From NCBI GenBank assembly GCA_041552775.1, contig JBFEKH010000003.1, forward strand, positions 8,820-72,819: a stretch of 64,000 bases of DNA, read 5' to 3'. This document shows positions 44,310 to 55,193 of this stretch, piece after piece. How positions within the stretch are numbered: the first letter of the stretch is position 1; each line of letters opens with the position of its first letter. Source of the stretch: Allopontixanthobacter sp. (GTDB taxonomy: Bacteria > Pseudomonadota > Alphaproteobacteria > Sphingomonadales > Sphingomonadaceae). The notes beneath the pieces were generated by a model. It ran no database searches. It saw only the letters and a program-made list of their open reading frames with translations, and had not been told where the DNA came from. The position numbers and the translations under genes were made by a program.

Positions 44310-44948
44310 ATGCAAATTTCACGTCGACGGAGCGTGGTCTCCTTATGCACAATAGCGGCAACATTGGCCGTTAGCGGTTGCGGCGGAGATGGTAGCTCGC
44401 CGCCGGCGGGTGGAGGTGGTTTGGCCGCATCGCCCACACCAACGCCTACCCCGACTGCAACACCGACACCAAGCCCGGCAACTACTCCTTCGACTGCGAA
44501 CACAAGGCAGCAGGGGTTGAACCAGGCGATGCTAACCGCTCACAATTCGGCCCGTGCGGAGGTCAGGGTGCCCGCTGCAGCGCTGGATCAGGCCTTGATG
44601 AATGCCGCGCTTGCCTATGCCGAGGAACTGGCAGCAAACGGGAAGTTCGAGCACAGCGCCCCGGGCACACGGCAAGGGCAGGGCGAAAACCTGTGGGCAG
44701 GCACCGCTGTCCGATTTACCTACCAGCAAATGTCAGGGGCATGGATGGACGAGAAGACCAATTTTCTTGCCGGGCGTTTCCCCGATGTCAGCCGTACGGG
44801 CAATTGGCAGGATGTCGGCCACTATACGCAGATCATTTGGCGATCTTCGACGAAGATTGGCTGCGGGATCGCTACTGGCGGTGGCCGCGATGTGCTGGTC
44901 TGCCGGTATTCCCCGGCAGGCAATGTGGTGGGGGAGCTGGTACCCTAG
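44310..44948 (+). CDS. CAP (SCP/PR-1-like) domain lipoprotein with a Pro/Thr-rich linker
   Basis: The lipobox is LAVSGC. The linker is [21 protein letters not shown]. The motifs [13 protein letters not shown] and [15 protein letters not shown] are present. Confidence 0.85.
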   Translation: MQISRRRSVVSLCTIAATLAVSGCGGDGSSPPAGGGGLAASPTPTPTPTATPTPSPATTPSTANTRQQGLNQAMLTAHNSARAEVRVPAAALDQALMNAALAYAEELAANGKFEHSAPGTRQGQGENLWAGTAVRFTYQQMSGAWMDEKTNFLAGRFPDVSRTGNWQDVGHYTQIIWRSSTKIGCGIATGGGRDVLVCRYSPAGNVVGELVP

Positions 44949-45571
44949 CTGAACTGCTCGGCGACCAGTTTCGCAAAGGCATCGGCGCGATGGCTGATGC
45001 GGTGTTTTTCTTCCGGGGCAAACTCGGCGAAGGTGATATCGCTGCCCTGCGGCACGAATACCGGATCATATCCGAAGCCCATGGTCCCACGCGGAGGCCA
45101 GGTGAGCGAACCATCCACGCGGCCTTCGTACACCGCTGTCTCGCCGTCCGGCCACGCCAGAGCGAGGACACAGCTGAACCACGCATCACGCGGCGTGTCG
45201 GGGCCGTGTTCGCACAGCAGCCCCTCGACCTTTCCCATTGCCAGATACCAGTCGCGGCCCGGCTTGCCTTCGAACCACTGCCGTTCCGCCCAGTCAGCGG
45301 TGTAGACCCCAGGGCGACCATCCAGCGCAGCAACCGACAGGCCGCTATCATCGGCCAGAGAAACGATCCCCGAGGCCTCCGCCGAAGCGCGCGCCTTGAT
45401 CACCGCATTCTGGACAAAGGTGGTGCCGGTTTCCGCCGGTTCCGGCAGACCGAGGGACCCGGCCGACAGGCATTTCATCCCGTACGGACCAAGCAGCGCG
45501 GAAATTTCCTTAAGCTTGCCCGCATTATGCGTGGCAATCACAAGGGAACCGGAACCAAGGCGTCTAATCAC
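44945..45571 (-). CDS. rdgB: non-canonical purine NTP pyrophosphatase (RdgB/HAM1)
   Basis: 208 aa. The segments [10 protein letters not shown] and FGYDPVF are present. Confidence 0.93.
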   Translation of the reverse strand: MIRRLGSGSLVIATHNAGKLKEISALLGPYGMKCLSAGSLGLPEPAETGTTFVQNAVIKARASAEASGIVSLADDSGLSVAALDGRPGVYTADWAERQWFEGKPGRDWYLAMGKVEGLLCEHGPDTPRDAWFSCVLALAWPDGETAVYEGRVDGSLTWPPRGTMGFGYDPVFVPQGSDITFAEFAPEEKHRISHRADAFAKLVAEQFS

Positions 45572-45580
45572 CGTGTACCC

Positions 45581-46294
45581 TCACTTCACCGCGTCTAGCT
45601 GCGCGGCAAAGATGCCGTCACAGCCTATCCGGGCGAGACGCAACAGGCGCAGTAGGCCTTCTTCGTCATATGTTGCGCCCTCTGCCGTGGCCTGCACCTC
45701 GGCAATGTGGCCGCCGCCGATCAGGACGAAATTGGCATCGGCATCGGCGTTGCTGTCTTCATCATAGTCGAGATCAAGCACGGGGGTGCCTTTGTAGATA
45801 CCGCAGCTTATTGCCGCGACCTGCTTCTCTATCGGATCGACCTTGATATCTCCGCTGGCCATCAAGCCGTTGACCGCCAGCCGCAGCGCAACCCAAGCGC
45901 CCGAGATCGAGGCAGTGCGCGTGCCGCCATCCGCCTGGATTACGTCGCAATCGAGCGTAATCTGCCGTTCGCCCAGTTTGCGAAGATCGACCACGGAACG
46001 TAAGGAGCGTCCGATAAGCCGCTGAATTTCCTGCGTTCTGCCGCTCTGCTTGCCGCGCGCCGCTTCCCGGCTGCCGCGCGTATGCGTAGCACGGGGCAGC
46101 ATCGAATATTCGCCGGTTACCCAGCCTTCGCCCTTGCCGCGCATCCATGGTGGAACGTTGCGTTCGACACTGGCAGTGCACAGCACCCTGGTATCGCCGA
46201 AGCTGACGAGGCACGAACCCTCGGCATGTTTGGTAAAACCGGTTTCGATGGTGATAGCGCGCATTTCGTCCGGCGCGCGGCCTGAAGGTCGCAT
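45581..46294 (-). CDS. rph: ribonuclease PH
   Basis: 237 aa. The segments [22 protein letters not shown] and [13 protein letters not shown] are present. Confidence 0.96.
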   Translation of the reverse strand: MRPSGRAPDEMRAITIETGFTKHAEGSCLVSFGDTRVLCTASVERNVPPWMRGKGEGWVTGEYSMLPRATHTRGSREAARGKQSGRTQEIQRLIGRSLRSVVDLRKLGERQITLDCDVIQADGGTRTASISGAWVALRLAVNGLMASGDIKVDPIEKQVAAISCGIYKGTPVLDLDYDEDSNADADANFVLIGGGHIAEVQATAEGATYDEEGLLRLLRLARIGCDGIFAAQLDAVK

Positions 46295-46388
46295 TATTGT
46301 TCCTTTGGTGATGTCTCAAATGATGATCTTGTGGCCGCGTTAGTCGCAAGAGGCTTGAGGCTGCAAGGGCAGTCGCTACATTACACGC

Positions 46389-47432
46389 ATGTCCAACACC
46401 CCTGTAACCGAACTGACCGACCGCGCGCGGGAGATTTTCCGCTTGGTGGTGGAAGGATTCCTGACCAGCGGGCATCCGATGGGCTCCAAGGCCCTGGCTA
46501 GCGAGGGCAGGGTCAATTTGTCTCCGGCATCGATTCGCTCGGTGCTGGCGGAGCTCGAAATGCTTGGATTGCTGGCCGCGCCGCATACCAGTGCGGGCCG
46601 GATGCCTACCGAAACGGGGCTGCGTCTGTTTGTCGACGGGATGATGCAGGTGGCAGAACCGACCCGAGAAGAACGCGCGGCAATTGAGAAGCGCTTGGGA
46701 AAACCCGGTCCGATCGAGGCAGCGTTGGAACAGGCCAGTTCGATCCTGTCCGACATTTCTGGCGCTGCCGGGATGGTGATGGTCCCGACGCGGGAACCTC
46801 GTCTTTCACAGATGAGCCTGATGCCCCTGTCACCCAGCCGAGTGCTGGCGGTGATGGTGGGGGAGGACGGCCAGATCGAGAACCGTATCCTCGAATTATC
46901 CGAACCAACTACCAGCAGCGCGCTGGAGCAGGCCAGCAATTACTTTACCTCCCGGCTGTCCGGCAGAACACTGGCCGATGCAGCAGCGGCCATCACAGCG
47001 GAGATCAATTCCGGCCAGTCGGAACTGGATAATGCCAGCCGTGACCTGGTGGAACGCGGGCTGGCGGTATGGAGCGCTGATGCAACTGCGCGGCCGGTAC
47101 TGATCATTCGGGGGCAGGCAAATCTCCTCGATGAAGCGGCACTGGGGGATATCGAACGCGTTCGGTCGTTGCTGGACGATCTTGAAAACAAGCAATCGGT
47201 GTCTGAATTGCTCGAAAGTGCGCGGGAAGCCGATGCCACGCGAATTTTCATCGGGGCAGAAAACCGGTTATTCGCTTTGTCCGGCTCCTCCGTCATCGCT
47301 TCACCCTACCGCGACCGTGAGGGTAAAGTGGTTGGCGTGCTGGGGGTGATTGGCCCCACAAGGTTGAATTACGCGCGGGTTGTCCCCATGGTTGATTTCA
47401 CAGCCCAGTCATTGGGCAAGTTAATCGGTTGA
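46389..47432 (+). CDS. hrcA: heat-inducible transcription repressor HrcA
   Basis: 347 aa. The N-terminal winged-helix region is LTDRAREIFRLVVEGFLTSGHPMGSKALA. Confidence 0.95.
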   Translation: MSNTPVTELTDRAREIFRLVVEGFLTSGHPMGSKALASEGRVNLSPASIRSVLAELEMLGLLAAPHTSAGRMPTETGLRLFVDGMMQVAEPTREERAAIEKRLGKPGPIEAALEQASSILSDISGAAGMVMVPTREPRLSQMSLMPLSPSRVLAVMVGEDGQIENRILELSEPTTSSALEQASNYFTSRLSGRTLADAAAAITAEINSGQSELDNASRDLVERGLAVWSADATARPVLIIRGQANLLDEAALGDIERVRSLLDDLENKQSVSELLESAREADATRIFIGAENRLFALSGSSVIASPYRDREGKVVGVLGVIGPTRLNYARVVPMVDFTAQSLGKLIG

Positions 47433-47449
47433 CTGGAACAATAAACGAC

Positions 47450-48052
47450 ATGGATAAAAAGAAACCGGACGCCCACGACGAGGCGGTAGCCGAAGAATTG
47501 AAAGGTGTTCCCGAGGAATTCCTCGATGATGGTACGCGAGAAGAAGGTGAAACCGCAGAACAGGGCGGCGACGCCAGTCTGACGGAAGCGCTGGCGCACT
47601 TGCGATCCGATCTGGATGCGGCGAAGCAGGAAGTGCTCTACGCCCGCGCCGATACTCAGAACGTGCGTCGCCGGATGGAAAAAGACGTTGCGGATGCGCG
47701 CGCTTATGCCGCCACTGGCTTTGCCCGCGATATCTTGTCTGTGTCAGACAATCTCTCCCGCGCAATCGACTCCGTCCCGCAGGAATTGCGCGATGACGAG
47801 AAGTTCAAGGGATTGGTCGCCGGGATCGAAGCCACCATGCGCGAACTCGACAAGGTGTTCGGCCAACACGGCATCACCCGCATCGCGGCGAGAGGCCTGC
47901 CGCTCGACCCGAACCAGCATCAGGCCATGCTGGAAATCCCGACGGACGAGTACGAGCCGGGCACCGTCGTGCAGGAAATGCAGGCCGGGTACATGATCAA
48001 GGACCGGCTGCTGCGCCCCGCGATGGTCGCTGTCGCGAAAAAGCCGGACTGA
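47450..48052 (+). CDS. grpE: nucleotide exchange factor GrpE
   Basis: It has an acidic N-terminus followed by the GrpE core (YARADTQNVRRR .. DPNQHQAM). Confidence 0.93.
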   Translation: MDKKKPDAHDEAVAEELKGVPEEFLDDGTREEGETAEQGGDASLTEALAHLRSDLDAAKQEVLYARADTQNVRRRMEKDVADARAYAATGFARDILSVSDNLSRAIDSVPQELRDDEKFKGLVAGIEATMRELDKVFGQHGITRIAARGLPLDPNQHQAMLEIPTDEYEPGTVVQEMQAGYMIKDRLLRPAMVAVAKKPD

Positions 48053-48121
48053 ACCTGAGTCAGGAACATTTTTCTGGTTTGGACCGCAGGACCTCATAGA
48101 TGAAACTAACGGAGAAAAACC

Positions 48122-48412
48122 ATGAGAAACCGTATCTTGATGGCCGCTGCACTGGCTTCGCCTACTCTTGCGCTTGGCGCTTGCGCTGAAAATTATGCCG
48201 CTGAAGGTGGTCTTGCCGGAGGCGCTCTCGGCGCAGGTGTGGCAGCACTGACCGGCGGGGATATTGCGAAATATGCACTGGCCGGCGCGGCTGCTGGCGG
48301 TCTTGCAGGATATTTCGTCGACAAGGACGATGGCTGTGACGGTTATGACCGCAATGGCTATCTTGATGATGATTGCTTCGGGACGCGTGGGTACCCTGTC
48401 GATCCACGCTAA
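48122..48412 (+). CDS. glycine-zipper small lipoprotein
   Basis: The lipobox is LALGAC. The Gly/Ala zipper is GGLAGGALGAGVAALTGG..AGAAAGGLAG. Confidence 0.6.
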   Translation: MRNRILMAAALASPTLALGACAENYAAEGGLAGGALGAGVAALTGGDIAKYALAGAAAGGLAGYFVDKDDGCDGYDRNGYLDDDCFGTRGYPVDPR

Positions 48413-48427
48413 GCCCGAGATTCGGGC

Positions 48428-48928
48428 CTAGCCGGTGGCCCCCGGGAAATTGACGAGCAAATCATAGGCCGATTTGTCCACTGCACCTGCCAATTGCATG
48501 CCTCTGCGCAGCAGAAACGCGTGCTTCGCGATTTCTGCCTGTTGTTCGATCCCGTATCGTTCAAGAGGCCAGCCCGGTTTCAGACTGTAATCGTAGCGGT
48601 TCCACGGCATGCGGTGCAGAACCAGATACCATTGCCCGAGGGACTGCGTTTGCCAGACATGGGTCATCTCATGGATGAAAAGCCCCTGCCGAACTAGGCT
48701 TTGCTCCCCGAAATCATCGCAATAGGCTGACCCGCCAGGGTGAAAATGGATATGGCCGCGCGGTGCCATGATCGTGCGCTTAGGCTGGAATGGAAACCAC
48801 TTCTTCCGCCGGATCATCACAACCGAATAATCGATTGCATGGCCAAAAATCGTCCGGGCGAGGGTGATCTCGCCCGCAGTGAGCGGCCGCTCCCCGCCGA
48901 TGGGGCAGGCAGCGGCCATGTCATTCAC
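48428..48928 (-). CDS. putative HExxH zinc metallopeptidase-like protein
   Basis: The motif is IHEMTHVWQ. The GTG at 48928 overlaps the PCu(A)C stop (GTGA). An alternative ATG is at 48919. Confidence 0.6.
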   Translation of the reverse strand: MNDMAAACPIGGERPLTAGEITLARTIFGHAIDYSVVMIRRKKWFPFQPKRTIMAPRGHIHFHPGGSAYCDDFGEQSLVRQGLFIHEMTHVWQTQSLGQWYLVLHRMPWNRYDYSLKPGWPLERYGIEQQAEIAKHAFLLRRGMQLAGAVDKSAYDLLVNFPGATG

Positions 48929-49404
48929 CGATCTTCGCCTGCAGCCTGGATCTTGACCGGGAAGCTGAGCTTGTCCCCGCCAGCAATGACGAAGGTTGCC
49001 TCTGTCATGCCGCCAGCCTGCAATTCAGGAGAAACGCCCATGACCATGATGTGTTTCGCGCCCGGTTCGAACGTCACCGTGTCGCCTTTTTTCATGATGA
49101 TCGGGAGCATTTCCATCATTTCCATCTTGCCGTCCCATTCGCCCATTTCGTGCATCACCGCGCTTTCCGCTCCATCGACCACGATACGGTTTACGGCTGG
49201 CGTCCGGTCCCCGTCATAGGCGAGATCGAGATACATCGCTGCTGGGCTGCCTACCACGGCAGGCAATACCAGACGGGCGTTGGTGACCGAAAGGCCGGGC
49301 GCAGCGTCGGGCACCGCTGCTTCTTCCGATGCGCCGCCGCCGCATGCGCTAAGGCCCAACGTAGCAACGCCAAGCGCCAGGCTCGCGAAAAATGATTTTG
49401 TCAT
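48925..49404 (-). CDS. copper chaperone PCu(A)C (DUF461) lipoprotein
   Basis: The lipobox is LGLSAC. The Met/His-rich Cu(I) site is VMHEMGEWDGKMEMMEM..HIMVMG. Confidence 0.85.
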   Translation of the reverse strand: MTKSFFASLALGVATLGLSACGGGASEEAAVPDAAPGLSVTNARLVLPAVVGSPAAMYLDLAYDGDRTPAVNRIVVDGAESAVMHEMGEWDGKMEMMEMLPIIMKKGDTVTFEPGAKHIMVMGVSPELQAGGMTEATFVIAGGDKLSFPVKIQAAGEDR

Positions 49405-49500
49405 CGGAAATTCTCCATATGTGTATCGGCGTCAGTTGCGCCTCGCCGCCCGGCAATCGATTTGCCTGAAAACATGTGCGTGGACTAGCGGCGTCAATCC

Positions 49501-49528
49501 CTTGTGCCAACAAAAACCGCACCTATAT
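49501..49528 (+). promoter_or_regulatory. sigma32 (RpoH)-type promoter of dnaK
   Basis: The sequence CTTG-N17-CCTATAT matches the alphaproteobacterial heat-shock consensus CTTG-N17/18-CYTATNT. It lies about 125 nt upstream of the dnaK ATG. Confidence 0.5.
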
Positions 49529-49653
49529 CGCGCCCAGAGAATTCGAGTTTTTAAACTGCAATTCCATAGTTGCTTATCCGAGTTACCAAGCTGTTCCGCC
49601 ATTCTTGGGGAACACACAGGTAACGTCCAAATATTGAACTGAATGGGGAAACC

Positions 49654-51576
<1,923 letters not shown>

Positions 51577-51597
51577 GCCAAGTCTGAGAAAACCTAA

Positions 51598-51629
51598 ACC
51601 GCCATTCCCATTTTCATGGGGGTGGCGGT
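51598..51629 (+). other. stem-loop in the dnaK-dnaJ spacer (no U-tract)
   Basis: The sequence is ACCGCCAttCCCA-ttttca-TGGGggTGGCGGT. It could be an mRNA-stabilising or partial attenuator element. Confidence 0.35.
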
Positions 51630-51665
51630 CAGGTATGGAGGGGCTCTGAAAAGCCTTCGAGCACT

Positions 51666-52784
51666 ATGGATTATTACCAACTTCTGGAAGTCAGCCGCGA
51701 CGCGGACGACAAGGCGATCAAATCATCCTATCGCCGTCTTGCGATGGGATGCCATCCGGATCGGAACCCCGGCTGCGCCGATTCCGAAGCGAAATTCAAG
51801 ACCATCAGCCATGCGTATGATTGCCTGAAAGACCCGCAAAAACGCGCTGCCTATGACCGATACGGCCACGAAGCCTTCGAACAGGGCATGAATGGCGGCG
51901 GTGGTGGCCGCGGCGGGCAACAGGGCGATTTCGGCGACATCGGCGACATATTTGAAACGATTTTCGGCAGCGCTTTCGGCGGCGGCGGCGGGCGCCAGCA
52001 AGTGCGCCGCGGCGCAGACTTGCGCTATGACATGGAGATCGGCCTCGAAGACGCTTTCCATGGCAAGAGCAGCGAAATCGAAATCGAAGTTTCGCAAAGC
52101 TGTGAGACCTGCAATGGATCGGGCGCCACTCCCGGAACCGGAACACGGGGCTGCAATCTGTGCCACGGCCACGGAAAGGTTCGCGCCAAGCAGGGCTTCT
52201 TCGTTGTCGAGCGCCCGTGTCCCAATTGCCAGGGCCGCGGTGAAGTCATCGAAAGCCCATGCAGCGATTGCCGCGGCGAGGGCCGGGTCGACCTGCCGCA
52301 AAGCCTGCAAATAGACATTCCGCCAGGTGTCGATACCGGCACGCGCATCCGCCTGACGGGCAAGGGTGAAGCCGGTCCGCGCGGCGCACCATCGGGCGAT
52401 CTGTATATTTTCGTCCATGTCCGCCCGCATGAAGTGTTCCAGCGCGAAGGCACCACATTGCTCACCCGCGTGCCCATCAGTTTTACCACTGCGGCGCTGG
52501 GCGGATCAGTCGACATTCCCGATCTGGACGGTGAGACCAACACGATCGATATCCCGCCCGGCATCCAGTCCGGCAAGCAGTTGCGCCAGCGCGGTGCCGG
52601 CATGCCGGTGTTGCAGGGGCGCGGACGCGGCGATCTGGTAGTGGAAATCGCTGTTGAAACCCCGACCAGGCTCACCAAAGAGCAGAAGGAAATCCTGCAG
52701 CAGTTTCGAGACACCGAAACCGGCGATGAATGCCCGGAAAGCCGCGGCTTTTTCGACAAGTTGAAAGACGCATTCTCGGGCTAG
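51666..52784 (+). CDS. dnaJ: molecular chaperone DnaJ
   Basis: It has a J domain (HPD), a G/F region, and four CxxCxGxG zinc-finger repeats. Confidence 0.97.
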   Translation: MDYYQLLEVSRDADDKAIKSSYRRLAMGCHPDRNPGCADSEAKFKTISHAYDCLKDPQKRAAYDRYGHEAFEQGMNGGGGGRGGQQGDFGDIGDIFETIFGSAFGGGGGRQQVRRGADLRYDMEIGLEDAFHGKSSEIEIEVSQSCETCNGSGATPGTGTRGCNLCHGHGKVRAKQGFFVVERPCPNCQGRGEVIESPCSDCRGEGRVDLPQSLQIDIPPGVDTGTRIRLTGKGEAGPRGAPSGDLYIFVHVRPHEVFQREGTTLLTRVPISFTTAALGGSVDIPDLDGETNTIDIPPGIQSGKQLRQRGAGMPVLQGRGRGDLVVEIAVETPTRLTKEQKEILQQFRDTETGDECPESRGFFDKLKDAFSG

Positions 52785-52801
52785 GGTACGACGCAAATAT
52801 T

Positions 52802-55123
52802 CTATTCGCTCCCAAGCATTTCGAACACCTCGTTCCGGATCGAATCCACGAGCCTGGGATCAGCCGTCAGGCGGCCCTGTTCCTCGTCGAGGATCGCCAG
52901 GAATGCTCGCCGCTTGAAGGTGCGGGATTGGTCTTCGCCAATGCCATGTTCGCTGGTGGAGCAGATCAAGTCGATCATCCGTTCCGCGCCATGCAGGCGG
53001 CCCCATAAATAGTCATTTTCGCGGTAGACCCGGCTGAAAAACGCGCCAAAATTGTAGAATTCTGTGCCGCGTAATGTCGCTTTTGTACCTCCTTTGCGGA
53101 TCGACAGCGCATCGTCGGGAGAAATGCGGTCCACCTTTACCGGATCAAATTCCGTCAGCCCTTCGTTTCGCAGCAGGGGGAGGGTAGCGATGTCGTAGAA
53201 GGGGAAGCCGAGGTAGGTCAGCAGCATCCTGCGGCGCAGGTTCTTTGGCATCTGTTCCAGCGCAGCAGCGAGCATTTCCTCCGCCAGGTCATCCACTTCC
53301 GGCAACAATCTGGTAGTGGACAGGCTATCCAGCAGCGCGCCGGGATCCTCCATCACCAACGCAGCCTTGCGGGCAAAGGGTTCGCCTAATTGCTTGGCCC
53401 CTCCGCGATCAAGGTACAGCGCCAGAATTTTGTAAATCGATTCCCGCGCATGCTCTAGCGAGGCATCCGAAGTGTCTGGATCGGCTTCCCAGTCCCGCGC
53501 CAGTCGCCGGGTCAGCAAACGCAGCCGTCTTACGCGGAAGCCCAGATCGTGCGCCCGGAAGAACGAGATTGCCTCGCTGCTCGCACCGCCGCCCGGATCG
53601 ACAAGTGTGGTCAGGCCCCGTTCTTCCAGTGCAATGCGTAACCGGTGGATAACTGGGCGGGCATCGACTGCAACCAGGCCCGGCGCTGCTTCGCGCACCA
53701 GATGCCCCAATTGTTCGACAATCCCGGTGAACTTGGTCTGAGCATAGGAATGGAATGAAAATCCGGCGCCTTCTGCCGCAGCTTGCTGCGCCTTGTTGCG
53801 CCATGCCTTCAGGCGCTTGGGTGTTGGTTTGTCGAAGAACAGCGTCCGCCCGAATAATCGTTCAACGGTTCGTTCGACCTCCGGCCTGAGCGCACTGATG
53901 ATCCGGCGCATTCGCTCCGCCTCCCGAGATTGCTGCTCCAGGACTTCCAGATTGTCGCGGATAGGCTGTTCGCGCGGAATAGTGGAAAGCGATCCAAAAA
54001 TCGCCGAGAAGAACCCCACCGGACGCTCTGGCGTATCCTCTGGCGATCCGAAACGATCTGGCCTCGGGTCGATATAGACAAACCGCCGGTCCACCTCACG
54101 CTGGGCCGGACGCCCCTCTAGCGCCTTGATTGCGCCTTCGAAGGGCGCATTGATCAGTACCGAACCATCAATCAGTGAAACGTATTCACTATCTCCGCAA
54201 CGCACGTGAACCGGCATGATCCGGTCGAGAAAACTCTGCCGGCCGGCCCATTCATGCCCGATGTCGGCTGCCAGTCTATCGATCTCGGCCAATCGTAGCG
54301 GGGGAAATGCGCCCGGAAAACTTGCTGTTGCGCGGGCCGCAAAGATCAATTCCAGACGGTCCGCCATGTCCTGTCCGCCAGCCACCGGGACTTTTGCCGA
54401 AAAGGATATCGGCATGCGGTGCTCGCTTTCCTCCACCATTTCCGGACTGTTGAGCCGGAGCAATTCCATGTAACCGCGAAAATCCGTAGCCGTCACATAC
54501 AGGTCGATGGGGTGACCGGGCGGTAGCAATGGTTTTTCGGACGATGTTTCCGCCATTATTTCCAAGGCGTTACACAGCAGTTTGGAGAAACCAAGCCCGG
54601 AAAAGGGTGGTTCGAACCAGCGCCCCCTGATGAAGCGCGAAACCTTCCGCCGCACCTCACTGCGGGTTTCCGGAGCGACGCTTTCCGACACTGCATTGCC
54701 GGGCCTTTTCAAGATCCACCAGGCAATCGGCTGCGCCCAGAATTTGGCGAACCGCCACATCGGCCGCGCGTCAGGATCAAGCAGATTTTCGACGTCGGCC
54801 ACGCCCAGCCAAAGATCCGTTAGCGGTTCCAGAGACTGACCGGAATGAAGCGCCTGCGCCAGGAATACCGCGTTAATCCCGCCAGCACTCGCGCCTGAGA
54901 GTATGTCCGGCAGTACCCGCAATTTCAGATCATGTTTGGCCTCAACATGCTCCAGCAAGTCACGGTAAACACCTTGGACACCATCGGAAACCGGCGCACC
55001 ATCGTGATAGGCACGGCTAGCGCGCGCCAGCTTCCAAATTTCCTTGGTGACCCCGTGCATGTAGATCGCCAGGCTGACCCCGCCATAACAAACCAGTGCA
55101 ATCCGGAGTTCCTTTTGCCGCAT
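52802..55123 (-). CDS. patatin-like phospholipase family protein, large form (773 aa)
   Basis: It has the oxyanion-hole motif CYGGVSLAIY (the patatin GGxR/K-type position), the GxSxG motif GASAGG, and a long C-terminal extension. Confidence 0.85.
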   Translation of the reverse strand: MRQKELRIALVCYGGVSLAIYMHGVTKEIWKLARASRAYHDGAPVSDGVQGVYRDLLEHVEAKHDLKLRVLPDILSGASAGGINAVFLAQALHSGQSLEPLTDLWLGVADVENLLDPDARPMWRFAKFWAQPIAWWILKRPGNAVSESVAPETRSEVRRKVSRFIRGRWFEPPFSGLGFSKLLCNALEIMAETSSEKPLLPPGHPIDLYVTATDFRGYMELLRLNSPEMVEESEHRMPISFSAKVPVAGGQDMADRLELIFAARATASFPGAFPPLRLAEIDRLAADIGHEWAGRQSFLDRIMPVHVRCGDSEYVSLIDGSVLINAPFEGAIKALEGRPAQREVDRRFVYIDPRPDRFGSPEDTPERPVGFFSAIFGSLSTIPREQPIRDNLEVLEQQSREAERMRRIISALRPEVERTVERLFGRTLFFDKPTPKRLKAWRNKAQQAAAEGAGFSFHSYAQTKFTGIVEQLGHLVREAAPGLVAVDARPVIHRLRIALEERGLTTLVDPGGGASSEAISFFRAHDLGFRVRRLRLLTRRLARDWEADPDTSDASLEHARESIYKILALYLDRGGAKQLGEPFARKAALVMEDPGALLDSLSTTRLLPEVDDLAEEMLAAALEQMPKNLRRRMLLTYLGFPFYDIATLPLLRNEGLTEFDPVKVDRISPDDALSIRKGGTKATLRGTEFYNFGAFFSRVYRENDYLWGRLHGAERMIDLICSTSEHGIGEDQSRTFKRRAFLAILDEEQGRLTADPRLVDSIRNEVFEMLGSE

Positions 55124-55193
55124 GTCATCCTTGTGACGGGGAAATTGCGCAATGGCAATTGCGTTCTATGTATGTTCCTACTATTGCCCGGCG

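Noticed and set aside
46354-46382. A sigma32-like CTTG-N18-CTACATT upstream of hrcA.
   Set aside because: The -10-like element ends only about 6 nt before the hrcA ATG, which would require a leaderless transcript. The match is weaker than the dnaK promoter, so I did not call it as a feature. I also found no CIRCE (TTAGCACTC-N9-GAGTGCTAA) upstream of hrcA, grpE or dnaK in this window.
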